A stretch of 64,000 nt of DNA from Piromyces finnis finn (taxonomy: Eukaryota; Fungi; Neocallimastigomycota). A program made the translations under genes and the position numbers. This document shows positions 1 to 13,591 of the stretch, piece after piece. The stretch lies in the NCBI GenBank assembly GCA_002104945.1, contig MCFH01000003.1, forward strand, positions 868,001-932,000. The letters run 5' to 3'. The first letter of the stretch is position 1, and each line of letters opens with the position of its first letter. The notes beneath the pieces are model-generated. The model was not told the origin of the DNA. It did no database searches and saw only the letters and a program-made list of their open reading frames with translations.

Positions 1-1
1 T

Positions 2-3000
2 AGTTCTTCAGTTTCACAGCCATCTAGTAATAGTTCTACTTATTCCTCTGATGCATCATCCATTAATAACGATGACTTTAATAATAATAATAATAGCAAC
101 GATTCTTCCTCATCCAACAAGCCTGATAACTTTTCTTTTTGTCTTAGTTGGAACACCAATGGGTGGAATCACGAAAAGAGAGATAGTATTAGCTATTTCA
201 CAGCTATTTTCAAACCATTATTTTTATGTTTCCAAGAAACTGGTAATGGTTCTGGATCGAATACAGATTATCCTTGTCGTGTTACTTTGCGAAACTATAG
301 ACACTTTTTCAAGAAAGCTGACGAATCAGTTCCTGGAATGAGAGGTTTATATTTAGGTTTTCACAATTCGTGTCAAGCCTCACTTGAAAACTTCTCTGGA
401 AAGTATATTATTTCTATTTATACTTTTAGTCTCTGGAATAGATTTAAATGCTCGATTGGAAATGTTTATATGCCTCATAGTCATCACAACATCTATGTTG
501 ATCATGCAAAGTTAGAAGTTCGCTTGTGGTTACAAACTCATTCATCCCATCCATCGATTCTTGTTGGTGATTTTAATATGTCTAAAGTAAAATTATCCAA
601 CTGGTTATCAACTAATAGATTAGGAGATTGGGAGATTCTTCCGCTTAGAGGGTCTACTATCTCTTGGACTCGAGGTGAACAATCTTCCGACATTGACCAT
701 GCTCTTATCAATTTGAAGATGAAAGATCTTATTCACTCAGGATCATTTATAAATAATTTTTATCCTGTATCAGACCATAAGCCACTTCTTATTAATGGTA
801 AAATTATTCCTATGGAAGATTTTTCTAATGACTTTAATGTTCCTAAGAAAATTATGAAATGGAATAGATTAAAATGTATTGAGGAAAAGGAATCTATTCT
901 CAGTCATAATAAATTCCAAATTCTTTCAGCAAAATTCAACGATCCTAATGTTTCTACAGATGAACTTTCCAAAGAGTTTACTTCAACTGCTTTTTCAATT
1001 GCAGACGAGCTCAGTATTACCTCAGCTAATAATGTTATAAAGTCTTCATTTCATATTTCACAACAAATTTTTAATCTTCAAAAAATCAAAATGAAGTTGT
1101 ATAAGAGATTTAAAAAAGAAAGAATTTATGATATAGATGAATTTATTAAAAGAATTAAAATCTACCGTAAGCTCATTGATTACATCCACAAAAGATGTAA
1201 TGAATTTAGGAAACAAGAATATATTCATTGGATTAAAACAGGATGTGAATATATGAAGAGTCATAATCCTAAGAAGGCCTGGAAATGGATCAAGAAAACT
1301 GCAAAAATTGGAAAAGATTCTTTCTTTATTGCTCAACCAATTAAAAATAAAAATGGAGAATTAGTTGTTGCTACGGAAGAACAACTAGATGTGTGGCATG
1401 ATCATTTCGAAAATCTTGCATCAGATCCAAGTGGTGTAAGTCTTGATTTAGAGCATTGGTATGAAGAACCAATGAATAAACGTTTTTCACTTCCTATGCT
1501 TGATGAATGGGATATCAACCAAGATATTAGTATTGATGAAGTCAAGTCAGCTATCCTCTCTACTCCAAATTATAAAGCATCAGGTCCGGATGGTATTCCA
1601 ATTGAATTTTACAAAGCATTAATTCCATCAAGTAATGATTCTAATAATGCTACAGATAATAATTCTTCCGGTAATACTACTTCAGATAATGATGCTCATG
1701 GTTTAAATTTTATTCTTAAATTATTCAACCGTATTTGGGATGGAGACTTTCCCAACTCATGGAATGAATCCAGTATTGTTTCTATTCCTAAGAAGGGAGA
1801 TTTGACAGATTGTGATAACTATCGAGGTATATCACTTATCAATAATGGTATTAAGTTGATTTCCAAAATTGTCACCACTAGAATTTCAGAATATGGTTTA
1901 AAGAATAATTTCATTAGACCTGAACAATTTGGTTTTCGAAAAAAGGAAGAAAGTATCAGTCTTTTCATTTCAATCCAAGAAATATGCCGTAGACGTCAAT
2001 TAGATAATAAAGAGACATATTTGGCCTTTTTAGATCTCAGGAAAGCATACGATTCAGTCCCAATCGGTAATATTCTCCATAAATTAGATTGTTTTGGAAT
2101 CCGAGGTAAGAGTTTACAATTCATCAAAAATTTATATTTAACATCTAAGGCTAATGTCAAATTAGATGGACAATTCTCGAAATCTTTTGATGTGAAGAAA
2201 GGAGTCCGTCAAGGTTGCCCTCTTTCTCCTATTCTCTTTAATCTCTTTATTAATGATATATTTAGAGAGTGCGAAGATCTAGGAGTCAGTTTAGGTGACA
2301 CTCGATGCTGTGGTGGACTTTTTGCAGACGATATAGTTATTTGTGCTCCAACAAGAGGATGCTTAAAAAAGATGCTTAGAAGAGTTAATGAATGGGCCTT
2401 GTATAATGAAATGGAATTTGGTATCCAGAAATGTTCAACGATGGTGATTCGTCCTGAATCAATAGAAAATCAGAACAAGAGAGATCCAACATTTTACTTA
2501 GCAGGACAACCCATTCCAACTACTGATTGTTATACTTATCTTGGTGTTCCATTTGATAAGAATCTGTCCCTTAAACCAGTTATTAAAGCTCTTAATAACA
2601 AGGTTTTGAAAGGACTTTTCTCAGTCAGTAAATTCTTAAGAAATCCTAATATTCCTATTCCCTTCAAAAAGCTAGTACTTAACTCACAAGTGATTAGCAG
2701 AGTTTCACACTTTGCACCATTACTTGGATCCAACAAAGCTAGGTCTAGGATTGCTCAGAAGCATGTTAACAAAGGAATACAATGGGTTGCCGGAGTTCAT
2801 AAAGCTGTATCGTTTATATCTTTATACTCTATCTCAAAAGATTTGAATATTCCTCCATTGTCAGCCAAATGTGCATTAGCTCAGGTTAGATGTTTTAACA
2901 AATGGAAAAACTCAAATTGTATTATCTCACACCTTGTCAATTACATTCCTAAATTTAGAAAATACACGTGGTGCAAATGAAGTAGGACACTTGATAAAAA

Positions 3001-3985
3001 ACTAAAGAAGCATGGAGATGTTAAAGCAGTTAAAAACTTTTATTGGAAAGATCTCAAAGGGAATTCAATAAAAGCGCAATATTATGATGATAATAAATTT
3101 ATTGAAACTAAAGATTCTATTAAATTATGTTATGAATACCCAGAGTTTACCTATGGCTTCTACTGGCTATTGAAAGCAAGAAGCGGATACAAGTTGGATG
3201 CTAGAGTTGCCAAAGCTGCCAAATTTGTTGATCCAGTTTGTCCTAACTACTGTCCATGTTGCAAGTGTGGAGATCAAAGTATTAAACATTGGTTATTAGA
3301 TTGTCCAACATTTAGAGATATCCGTATTAAACATTATGATTCTATAGTCCATCTATTAAATTTTTTCAGTCAACGTAATTCCAATTGTCCTATCAATAAT
3401 AATGAAAATGTTAATATCAGTAGAGATAGCAATAACAGTAATAGTAATAATAACAATAGTAATAATAACAATAGCAGTAATAGTAATAATAGAAATAGTA
3501 ATAATAACAATAGTAGTAATAGAAATAGTAATAATAACAATAGTAGTAATAGAAATAATAATATTAGTAATGATAACAATGATAACAATAGTGAAGATAA
3601 TAATTCTAATTTAGATAGTAATTTAGTTAATGATAGTAATAGTTCTAATAATCCGGTGAATATTAATGTGTATGATTATTCTAGTGTGTGCAGTAAAATA
3701 TTTAAATTCCTTCTTGGGGGAAGAAGTTTTAACAATATTAATTTCAATTCAAGGGAATGGAAAGGACTTTGTAAGCGTCAGATTCATTCTGGTACTAACG
3801 AAGGAACACCATTCTTGACGGTAACCGCGGAACTTCTAACCAAAATCATGCCTTTTGCTATTGGCCAGCAATGGTCAATGTTCAAAAGGTTTGAAGCAAC
3901 ATCCAAGAGCGTCAATGCTGAAGAAACAGTAAGACAGGCCAGGAGGGCCAGCGCAACCAATGGAGATCATAATTTTGTTCCATGA
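2..3985 (+). pseudogene. LINE ORF2 (endonuclease + reverse transcriptase + zinc knuckle) with one in-frame TGA at 2978-2980
   Basis: ORFs 287..2980 and 3170..3985 are in the same frame. The 2981-3169 interval reads SRTLDKKLKKHGDV...FYWL with no further stop. Confidence 0.9.
3420..3660 (+). repeat. Asn/Ser-rich low-complexity (AAT/AGT/AAC) tract in LINE ORF2 C-terminus
   Basis: Encodes SNNSNSNNNN.. repeats. It explains the poly-Leu and poly-Ile shadow ORFs at 3370-3614. Confidence 0.9.
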
Positions 3986-4221
3986 CAAAATTTTGGTCTT
4001 TGGCTCGGTGTCCCATTGGAAGTCAAATACAATTATTATACTTTAGTATGATAGTGGCTTTCTTACTTTAATTAAAATTACTAGAATACATTATACCCAA
4101 TTTTTATTCATTTGTGTTTATTAAAACATATTTTTTTTATTTTTATTTATTTTTAATTTTTTATATTACATGTATTATAATTTTAATTAAATTAATAATA
4201 AAGTTTAAAATATTTGATGCA

Positions 4222-4257
<36 letters not shown>

Positions 4258-5199
4258 TCTTCTTTTCTATTAATTATTTAGTAAAATTATTTTTTTTTTT
4301 TTTTTTAATTTTTATTTTTTTCTTACTTTTTAATAATAATAAAAGAAAAAGTTTTCAATAATAAAAAAAAATAAATAAATAAGAGCAAAGAAAGTATATT
4401 CATGACTTTTTACTTTTTTGCATATAAATAAAATATAAATTACTATAAAAAATAATAAAGATTAAAAATAAAGATAAAAAATAAAGTTTAAAAATAATTG
4501 ATGCCATTAAAAAAAAACCCTCATTTGGAAACATATCAACATTTATTTGGATTTTCTCTTGAGTTAATATAAATAAAAACAAAGTATTCTGTCATTTTTT
4601 CTATTTAAATAAGCTTTTTAACAAATTTCTTATTAATCGTGATGTTAAGATATTTGTTTAATCTTTTTATCAATAAATTTTAATCAAATTTGATATTTAG
4701 TAATGGAAAAAAAAAAAAATTGTGATGGTTGCGGTTTATAAATGATATTATTTTAATTATTTTTATTTTCCAAATTACTTTTTTTTTTTTTTTTTTTTTA
4801 ATTCATTTCTTCAAAAATACTAATTAATATTTTTAAAGATTCATAAACTAGAGTGTTAACTTTTTTTTTTAAAAAAAAACTTGATATCAATAAATTATTA
4901 TAGAATAAACTTTTAAATACTATCTTTTATTTTTAAAAAAAATTACTATTATTAACCTCTTAAATTTAATTCAATAATATTTGAAAAATTTATATTTAAA
5001 TTTTTGAAAAAAAAAAAAAAAAAAAAAAAAAACTGGAGAAAAAAACTAAAACTAGAAAAAATAATAAATATATTTTTATTTATTATATTTTATTTCATTT
5101 TTGAAAAGATAATTTTTTTTTTTTTTACTATTATAATAAAAAATATAATTTTAATATTTAACAAATAATCAGTAAAATAATTTTTTTAAAATATAAGAA

Positions 5200-7776
5200 A
5201 TGTATGTTTTAAAAATTTTATTTTTATTTTAATTCATTTTTTGACACCTATTTTGGCAGACAAAAAGAGAATTAAAATATGTATGAAAGAATTTGATTTG
5301 TCTACTTATACAGAATATGAATACAATGAAAAATATAGAAATGAATTAAATAATTATTTTAGAGAAAGAGTAAAGTATAATGAAAGATTAAATAATTATG
5401 AAATTGATGTATATTTCTATCCTTATCCTCCTATTGATACTACTGGCAGATCTGTACCATTGGCATATATGAATAATTTAGTAAAAGGATTAACTAGAAA
5501 AGAATATGATATGGTAGTACTTGATGAACGGATTTTATTAAATGATATTGCATTGATGGAAACTGAATGGATTTATAAAGAAACAAATTATAGACAACCT
5601 TCTCTCGAATTGTTACACGATTTATCAAAATATATTAATAAAGCTGATTTAGAATTTCATGATCCAAAAATATTAAGTTATGGAATGTATAAAGATAAAA
5701 TTATTGGACTTCCTTACGAATCAGATTTCGATGTATTGTACTATCAAAATGAAGAAAAAAATTCAACAGCATATAACAATACGATGTTGTTATTAGAAAA
5801 TATGAAAGACTATACATGGGATGATTTATTAAATCAAATGAAAATAAACTCTCAACCATTCTGGATTTCATTTGGTGATAATAATGATTTATTAAATTTT
5901 GTAATTGAATATTCAAGTAATAAATATAATTTAACTTCAGAATACGATCCAGATTATTTAAAAGTATTCTATAATGATACTTCTATTTCTCATTATACAG
6001 AATTACGTGATTTAGTTAAAGAATTTAAAAGTAATTCTGAAGAAAATCCAAATATTGCAACTTTAGATGATGTATTTTATTATTATATGGTGAATGAAAC
6101 AACATTCTTTAAAGCAAAAGCTTCTCATAATTATATTTTTAGAAAGTATGGAAATGGTACACTTCCTTTATCTCTTCCTCCAAAATATCAAAGTGCAACA
6201 ACTAATAAATATTTAGTTGCAAATAAATTCAGTAATATTAAACCTGAAATTCTTGCAGAAGTTGCTCTTATCCTTACCGAAAAAAATGCACAATTATCTC
6301 GTGCCAAGGGTTTTGGAAGTATTCCAACATTTGATTTTTCAAAAAAGGATTCAGATATTGATTTACAAACCTATTGTGATACCTATCCAGTAATATGTGA
6401 TGCAATGGATAAAGTAGAAAAACTATATATTCGAGATATTTTCAATTCTGAAATGATGGTACCATTTTATGAAATAGAATGATATATACCAATCCGATTT
6501 AAAAATTTTTTTGTAAAATATGATACTGACTATATAAGATTTTCTTTACGAAATACGAATGAATTCATTACAGATAATTTAGGTGTCTATGGAATATTAT
6601 CTATTATAATTACAATTGCGGTCATAATATTTTGTCTCTTTATTATTTTCATGACATACAAATTAAAAGAACATCCATATATTAAAGTTATATCACCATT
6701 ATTTTGTAATTTAATTGTTGTAGGATGCATTTTAAATATGTTTAAATTGATAAAATTCATTCCTCCATATTCTATTGGAAAAATGAAGTTATTTTCAATT
6801 ATTGGAACTCTTGGTACAAATTTAATTTATATTCCAATGTTTGTAGTTGCTTATCGTATTTTCCGTATTTATAAAACAAAATCGTTTATGTCAAAATCAT
6901 TAAATAATCAACGTTTATTATTTGCGGTAATATTAACAATTTCCATTGCAGTAATTTATAAATTAGTAATTATATTTACTTGTCGATTTTATTATGAATC
7001 AGTTGGCTCTGTTAAATATGCTCGTATTCCAGTAGGATATTATTCAAATCATGAAACATTAGATAAAATCTATCAAATATATCTTACTATTATTGTAAGT
7101 ATTGCTATTTCTCAAATAAAATTATAATGAATGAATAGGAAAAAAAATTCATTATTATATTATTATAATTTTATAACATAAAAATTATTATTAAAAATCT
7201 GTAATGATTTAATTTAATATAACTTTTTATTCTTTTTTATTTAACATTATATAATTTCTAATTATCTAACTTTCATTTATATAATGATAATGATAACATA
7301 ACATATAGTTCATTTCACTCCTATTTATGATTATTGCTACAGGAAGTCAATCAAAAAAATTTGGAGATATTTGTTATACATTTGTCATTTTCATTACAAA
7401 TATTTCAGATTACATTATTGAACGATTAATTACAAGATTAGATGGAGGAGATGATTATCCTTTGTATTTCTTTATCACAATTGTATTTAATTGTTTACTT
7501 CATTTCATATGTGTATATATTTTAGTTGGATCAAGAATTAGTTTACTTCTTAATAATCCTAAATTTGATTTCGTTAGTAGTACTAGTAGTTCTTCAGATG
7601 CTTCTCAATACGTAGCGTTAAGATCAAGAATAAAAAGTATGAGTATATTAAAAAGATATAGTTTTAGATCATCAACCACGGAAAGCACTTACAATAGTAG
7701 TAGTTCTTCTCAAACAAGAAATGGAAGAGAAAATGTTATGGATTCAAGATTTAAAAATGGTGGTTCTGTAGTTTAA
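5200..7776 (+). pseudogene. Extracellular solute-binding-protein-like domain fused to 7TM class C-like GPCR, copy A; exons 5200-7094 and 7309-7776; disrupted as assembled
   Basis: ATG 5200 starts a signal peptide, with a 1-nt shift in the T-run at 5221-5225. The ectodomain has IIGLPYESDFDVLYY, typical of SBP-like domains. In-frame TGA at 6480-6482 is followed by TM helices (CNLIVVGCILN...). Phase-0 intron GTAAGT 7095 to CATATAG 7308. SBP-GPCR fusions are established for anaerobic gut fungi. Confidence 0.8.
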
Positions 7777-8517
7777 ATTAAATTAATAAACTAACAATAC
7801 AGAAAATATCAAAAGATAATAAATATATTTTTATAAATAATATATAAATAATATTATTATATTATAAAAAAATATAAAATTAAAAATAATACAAAATATG
7901 AAAGTAAATGTAATAGAGAAATATTTAATAATTTTGTCACTTGAGTTTGAGGTTTATTAAAATAATTGATTAAGTCATATATTAATATATTAATATATTA
8001 ATATCTTCTAAAATAAATATAAAATATATAATTTTTAAAAAAATATTCAATCTTGAACTTAATTTTTCTAATTTCACTTTTTTACTCAAGACTGATTTTA
8101 CTATTTATTGTAGTTTATATTATTACATTATTATTAAATGTTATTATTTTTATTATTTTATGTATTATTATTTGAACAAAAACTAGCTATTATTATCAAT
8201 TTAATAATAAAATATTTATAGAAAAAAGTTTTAATTATAATTTATAATAATATTATTACATTATTTACTTTTTTCCATATTAAATATAAATTTTAATTAT
8301 TTAATTTTAACTTTAATTTTGAAGAGGAAAAAAAAAGATTAAATTATATTTTTTATATACTTTATTATTTCAAATATGAGACAAAAAAGGTAAATTTTTA
8401 TTTTAAGAAATGTTAAATTTTTGTAATTGTTTTATTATTTGTTTAAATATCAATTTATTTGTTTAAATATCAATTATAAAAAAGTTTTTTATAAGTAATA
8501 ATTATGATAAAGTAATC

Positions 8518-11019
8518 ATGAACATTCAAAAAATATTATTAATAATATTAATATATTATTCTGCAATTATCGTTGCCGATAAACAAAGAATTAAAATATG
8601 TATGAGACCATTGTTTGATTTACCTTATAATTCACATAGCAGTTATGAAATATATGAAAATGAATTAAAAAATTATTTTAGAGAAAGAGTAAAAGATAAT
8701 GAAAGATTAAATAATTATGAAATTGATGTATATTTCTATAATTATCCTTCTGTTGATACTACTGGTAGATCTATACCAATGGTATATATGAACGATTTAG
8801 TAAAAGGATTAACTAGAAAAGAATATGATATGGTAGTACTTGATGAACGGATTTTATTAAATGATATTGCATTGATGGAAACTGAATGGATTTATAAAGA
8901 AACAAATTATAGACAACCTTCTCTCGAATTATTACACGATTTATCAAATATATTAATAAAGCTGATTTAGAATTTCATGATCCAAAAATATTAAGTTATG
9001 GAATGTATAAAGATAAAATTATTGGACTTCCTTACGAATCAGATTTCGATGTATTGTACTATCAAAATGAAGAAAAAAATTCAACAGCATATAACAATAC
9101 GATGTTGTTATTAGAAAATATGAAAGACTATACATGGGATGATTTATTAAATCAAATGAAAATAAACTCTCAACCATTCTGGATTTCATTTGGTGATAAT
9201 AATGATTTATTAAATTTTGTAATTGAATATTCAAGTAATAAATATAATTTAACTTCAGAATACGATCCAGATTATTTAAAAGTATTCTATAATGATACTT
9301 CTATTTCTCATTATACAGAATTACGTGATTTAGTTAAAGAATTTAAAAGTAATTCTGAAGAAAATCCAAATATTGCAACTTTAGATGATGTATTTTATTA
9401 TTATATGGTGAATGAAACAACATTCTTTAAAGCAAAAGCTTCTCATAATTATATTTTTAGAAAGTATGGAAATGGTACACTTCCTTTATCTCTTCCTCCA
9501 AAATATCAAAGTGCAACAACTAATAAATATTTAGTTGCAAATAAATTCAGTAATATTAAACCTGAAATTCTTGCAGAAGTTGCTCTTATCCTTACCGAAA
9601 AAAATGCACAATTATCTCGTGCCAAGGGTTTTGGAAGTATTCCAACATTTGATTTTTCAAAAAAGGATTCAGATATTGATTTACAAACCTATTGTGATAC
9701 CTATCCAGTAATATGTGATGCAATGGATAAAGTAGAAAAACTATATATTCGAGATATTTTCAATTCTGAAATGATGGTACCATTTTATGAAATAGAATGA
9801 TATATACCAATCCGATTTAAAAATTTTTTTGTAAAATATGATACTGACTATATAAGATTTTCTTTACGAAATACGAATGAATTCATTACAGATAATTTAG
9901 GTGTCTATGGAATATTATCTATTATAATTACAATTGCGGTCATAATATTTTGTCTCTTTATTATTTTCATGACATACAAATTAAAAGAACATCCATATAT
10001 TAAAGTTATATCACCATTATTTTGTAATTTAATTGTTGTAGGATGCATTTTAAATATGTTTAAATTGATAAAATTCATTCCTCCATATTCTATTGGAAAA
10101 ATGAAGTTATTTACAATTATTGAAACACTTGGTACAAATTTAATTTATATTCCAATGTTTGTTGTTACCTATCGTATTTTCCGTATTTATAAAACAAAAT
10201 CGTTTATGTCAAAATCATTAAATAATCAACGTTTATTATTTGCGGTAATATTAACAATTTCCATTGCAGTAATTTATAAATTAGTAATTATATTTACTTG
10301 TCGATTTTATTATGAATCAGTTGGTTATGTTAGGTATGCTCGTATTCCAGTAGGATATTATTCAAATCATGAAACATTAGATAAAATCTATCAAGGATGT
10401 CTTACCGTTGTCGTATGTATTGCTATTATTATAATATTTAAAAATATATATATTTAATTAAAAATCATCATACTAATTTAATGTAAATTTAATCTTTTTT
10501 ATCTAACATTATACAATCTCCAACTTTCATTTACGCAATGATACCATATAGTTCATTTCACTCCTATTTATGATTATTGCTACAGGAAGTCAATCAAGAA
10601 AATTTGGAGATATTTGTTATACATTTGTCATTTTCATTACAAATATTTCGGATTACATTATTGAACGATTAATAACAAGATTAGATGGAGGAGATTATTA
10701 TCCTTTGTATTTCTTTATCACAATTGCATTTAATTGTTTACTTCATTTCATATGTGTATATATTTTAGTTGGAACAAGAATTAGTTTTCTTTTTACCAAT
10801 TCAAACAATAATGTATTTAATAGTACAGATGCTACTCAATATATTGCAGTAAGATCAATAATGAAAACTATAAATATATTTAGAATATTTAAAAAAAAAT
10901 TACCGGAAGAGGATAATAATAATAGTATTACCAATACTAACTACTCTCAAACAGAAAATGTTAGAGAAAGTATTGTTAATTCAAAATTAAAATTAAAAAA
11001 TAGCAATTATATTGTTTAA
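8518..11019 (+). pseudogene. SBP-like domain/7TM GPCR, tandem copy B; exons 8518-10412 and 10552-11019; disrupted as assembled
   Basis: Paralog of 5200-7776 at offset ~3318. Signal peptide MNIQKILLIILIYYSAIIVA. 1-bp deletion in the A-run near 8946-8949 relative to copy A; same in-frame TGA at 9798-9800. Phase-0 intron GTATGT 10413 to CATATAG 10551. Confidence 0.8.
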
Positions 11020-11439
11020 TTTAAAAATGAATAAAAGTATGTATTCTTATTTATTTTAAAATTTAACATAATAAGAATATACTATTATAGATATCTCAAT
11101 AATAATAAATTAATGACTGGTATAATAATAATTAAGAATGATAACAATATTAATATATTAATACTAATTCTTTAATTACTATAAAAAAAAAGCATCAATT
11201 AATATAATATAATATTATTGTATAAAATGTAACAACATGTTTTATATTTTTTTTATTTTAAAATGAATTTAAATATCTAATAATTAAAATAAATACAAAT
11301 AAAAAAACAAAAATATATCCTAATAAGTATTGCAATCTAATTTAAAAATACAATTGGATTCTGTAGCCAAAAATTATATTAATATTTTACTTGATTATAA
11401 TAAAATAGAAATATATAAAGTTAATGATAATAATATAGA

Positions 11440-11980
11440 ATAATAGGGTTTTAATACAAAATATAATTGTTTGGTTATATCTTTAAGCAAGACCATTATT
11501 TCTAGGTTATATAGTGAGGAATATATCTTTTGTATTCCATTATATTTACAAAGGTTAATAATTTTCTTGTTATTAAATTCTCTATCATTATCAAATTTAA
11601 AATATTTGATCTTCTTATCATTGAATTTATTATTTAAAGATTTAAATATTTCAATAATAAGATCAATAGCTTCACTTTTGCTCCTTAATAAAAATATCCA
11701 TGACTTTCTGCTATATTCTTCAAAAATTTTTATTTTTCACTAATTCTAATTTAATCCTAATGAATTTTATTTAATCTAACCCTTATTATTAAGTACAATT
11801 CGTTACAATTACCATTATGTGGTTCCCTTTTTAATTTAGAAATTTTACAATCTTTATAGAATATATCATTAATATGGTGTAATTCTAAAAATCGGGATAA
11901 ATTGAGATTATAAAAATGCCTAAATCTTCTGTGACAAATTAGTTCCTTCGTATTATTATCAAGAGCTTGCATAGCCATGA
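11440..11980 (-). mobile_element. Degenerate Ty1/copia GAG-pre-integrase/integrase fragment
   Basis: Minus strand reads CKISKLKREPHN and EEYSRKSWIFLLRSKSEA...KYFKFDNDREFNNKKI...YNLENNGLA. This is homologous to the copia integrase at 31646-32059. Confidence 0.85.
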
Positions 11981-12058
11981 TATATATTATTGCTATTAAG
12001 TAATTTATCTTTGCTTTCTTGAATATCTATGATATTTATTTCATTTTTTGAATTAGCT

Positions 12059-12537
12059 TGGACCAAAGAGACAATGCTTATGAATGGTTACTTCGGCATT
12101 ATCTAAAGTTATACAGTCATGAAACAGTCATCACCCATACTAATATTATAACCGTATTCACAGGTAAAAGGACTTCCAACAAAGACACTTTTACCGGTAT
12201 GCTTAAATAATTGAGGAAGCATTTTACTTATTTTTATTCCATCAACACCTTTAGTATTATTGTATTTATCAAGGAAATCCTTACACTGAAGACGGTCATA
12301 AATTAAGATCTGGAACTATAGAGGTATATGGTAAACCAGCTTTCATTTTTTCCATTTCAGACTTTGTTTCATTTTCCAAGTTTTCTTAAAAATATTCTTT
12401 GTAATACTTGTTTTTTGTTCATCTGTTAAGCTTGTTGCATTTTCAACCTTATTCAAAATCTTATTTTTTTCTTATTCAGTGATTTTTTCAATTCTAAAAT
12501 CAATAAAAGCTTTTTTTATAAATATTTTAAAAACCAT
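12059..12537 (-). pseudogene. maa: Maltose/galactoside O-acetyltransferase (Maa/LacA hexapeptide-repeat family) pseudogene, 3'-truncated
   Basis: Manual translation gives SEMEKMKAGLPY, YDRLQCKDFLDKYNN, LFKHTGKSVFVGSPFTCEYGYNISMGDDCFM and TLDNAEVTIHKHCLFGP. It has stops and frameshifts, ends after FGP, and is not in the ORF track. Confidence 0.8.
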
Positions 12538-13591
12538 TTCTAATACTATTAAAATATTATTTAATCTGAAGTATTTTCTTTAGTTTTTATATAATTTTAT
12601 TTATATTATTATAATTTATTTGTATTAAACTTTTTTCCTACATAAAGTAAAATAAAAAAAAAAAGTGTTTATGACTCACTATTTTTTTGGTACAAATTAA
12701 TTAATGTAAAATATATTAAATTTATTTATTAATAAATAACAACTTTTATATGATGAATTAGTATTTATCCTAGATTTTTGACCATTTTAGTCTGACTTTT
12801 TAGCCAGAAGAAATTCGACCTCTGCCAGACTTTTATCCAGGAATTTTTTAATTTTGTAATTTGAGTAAATGTGAATTTTTATGATACAAGATTACAATAC
12901 ATAACTATTAAATATGGCTTATTATCATATATACATTAATATTTTTCAATTAATTTTTTCAAGTTTTTAAGATCAATATCTAGATGGAGACAATAGAAAA
13001 GAGAAATATTACTTAGAGCAGTTCCATTAAAAGCATAAACAAATGATTTTATATCAGTACTAATGTGATAAATTACTTGAGTTGTAACTTTAATATCCAA
13101 CAATACCAACATGAATAGCTCTTCTTTCTATATATGGTTTATTTTTGTTATTAAGGAAATAGGAATAGGCATTACAATTTATAGAATGCTTAAAACTAAC
13201 ATTATATATGTTTTTCTGATTCTGATAACGAACAAAAGTATCAGAACCATAGGTTTTAGAAACTTCTACAATTAAATCTTTGATATTTTTAATATTTTTT
13301 CTTTTTAACTCATTTTTATTAAAATGATTTGAATTTACCTTTTTATGGTGTATAACCTTAATTTAATACATTTCATTTTATGATATTTTTTCCACTCTAC
13401 CTTATTATTCTTTTAAATAAAGAAATTAATTATAGTAAAATTAATTTTTTATTAATTATAAATATATAAATATAAATAGGTATTTATAAATATTATATAT
13501 ATAGGCATAATAAATATTTAAAAAAAAAGAAAAGAAAATTTACTTTATAAATCTATTTAATTTTTTTATTTAAATAATTATATAATAGGAT

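Larger units (their letters stand above)
1..4030 (+). mobile_element. Non-LTR retrotransposon (LINE, APE-RT-CCHC type), 5' end outside window; 3' boundary approximate
   Basis: Frame is open from position 2. APE motifs SWNTNG, LCFQET, LVGDFN and SDHKPL; RT motifs KASGPDGIP, YRGISL, QFGFR, FLDLRKAYDSV, GVRQGCPLSPILF, FADD and YTYLG; C-terminal CPCCKCG...HWLLDC knuckle. Confidence 0.95.

Noticed and set aside
51-341. Separate upstream 96-aa ORF
   Set aside because: It overlaps the true LINE frame, which is open from position 2 and holds the APE motifs.
3370-3614. Poly-Leu and poly-Ile ORFs
   Set aside because: Alternative-frame or antisense shadows of the Asn-rich LINE tract; the same applies to 46191-46552.
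6480-6482. Selenocysteine or alternative genetic code
   Set aside because: No SECIS-like element recognised. TGA serves as an ordinary stop or lesion elsewhere in the window (e.g. 3983-3985), and I know of no Sec machinery in this lineage.
12770-12850. Possible DNA-transposon terminal sequence
   Set aside because: No partner inverted repeat or TSD found.
12960-13270. Coding-like remnant on the minus strand
   Set aside because: Slightly raised GC and short open stretches, but no motif I can assign.
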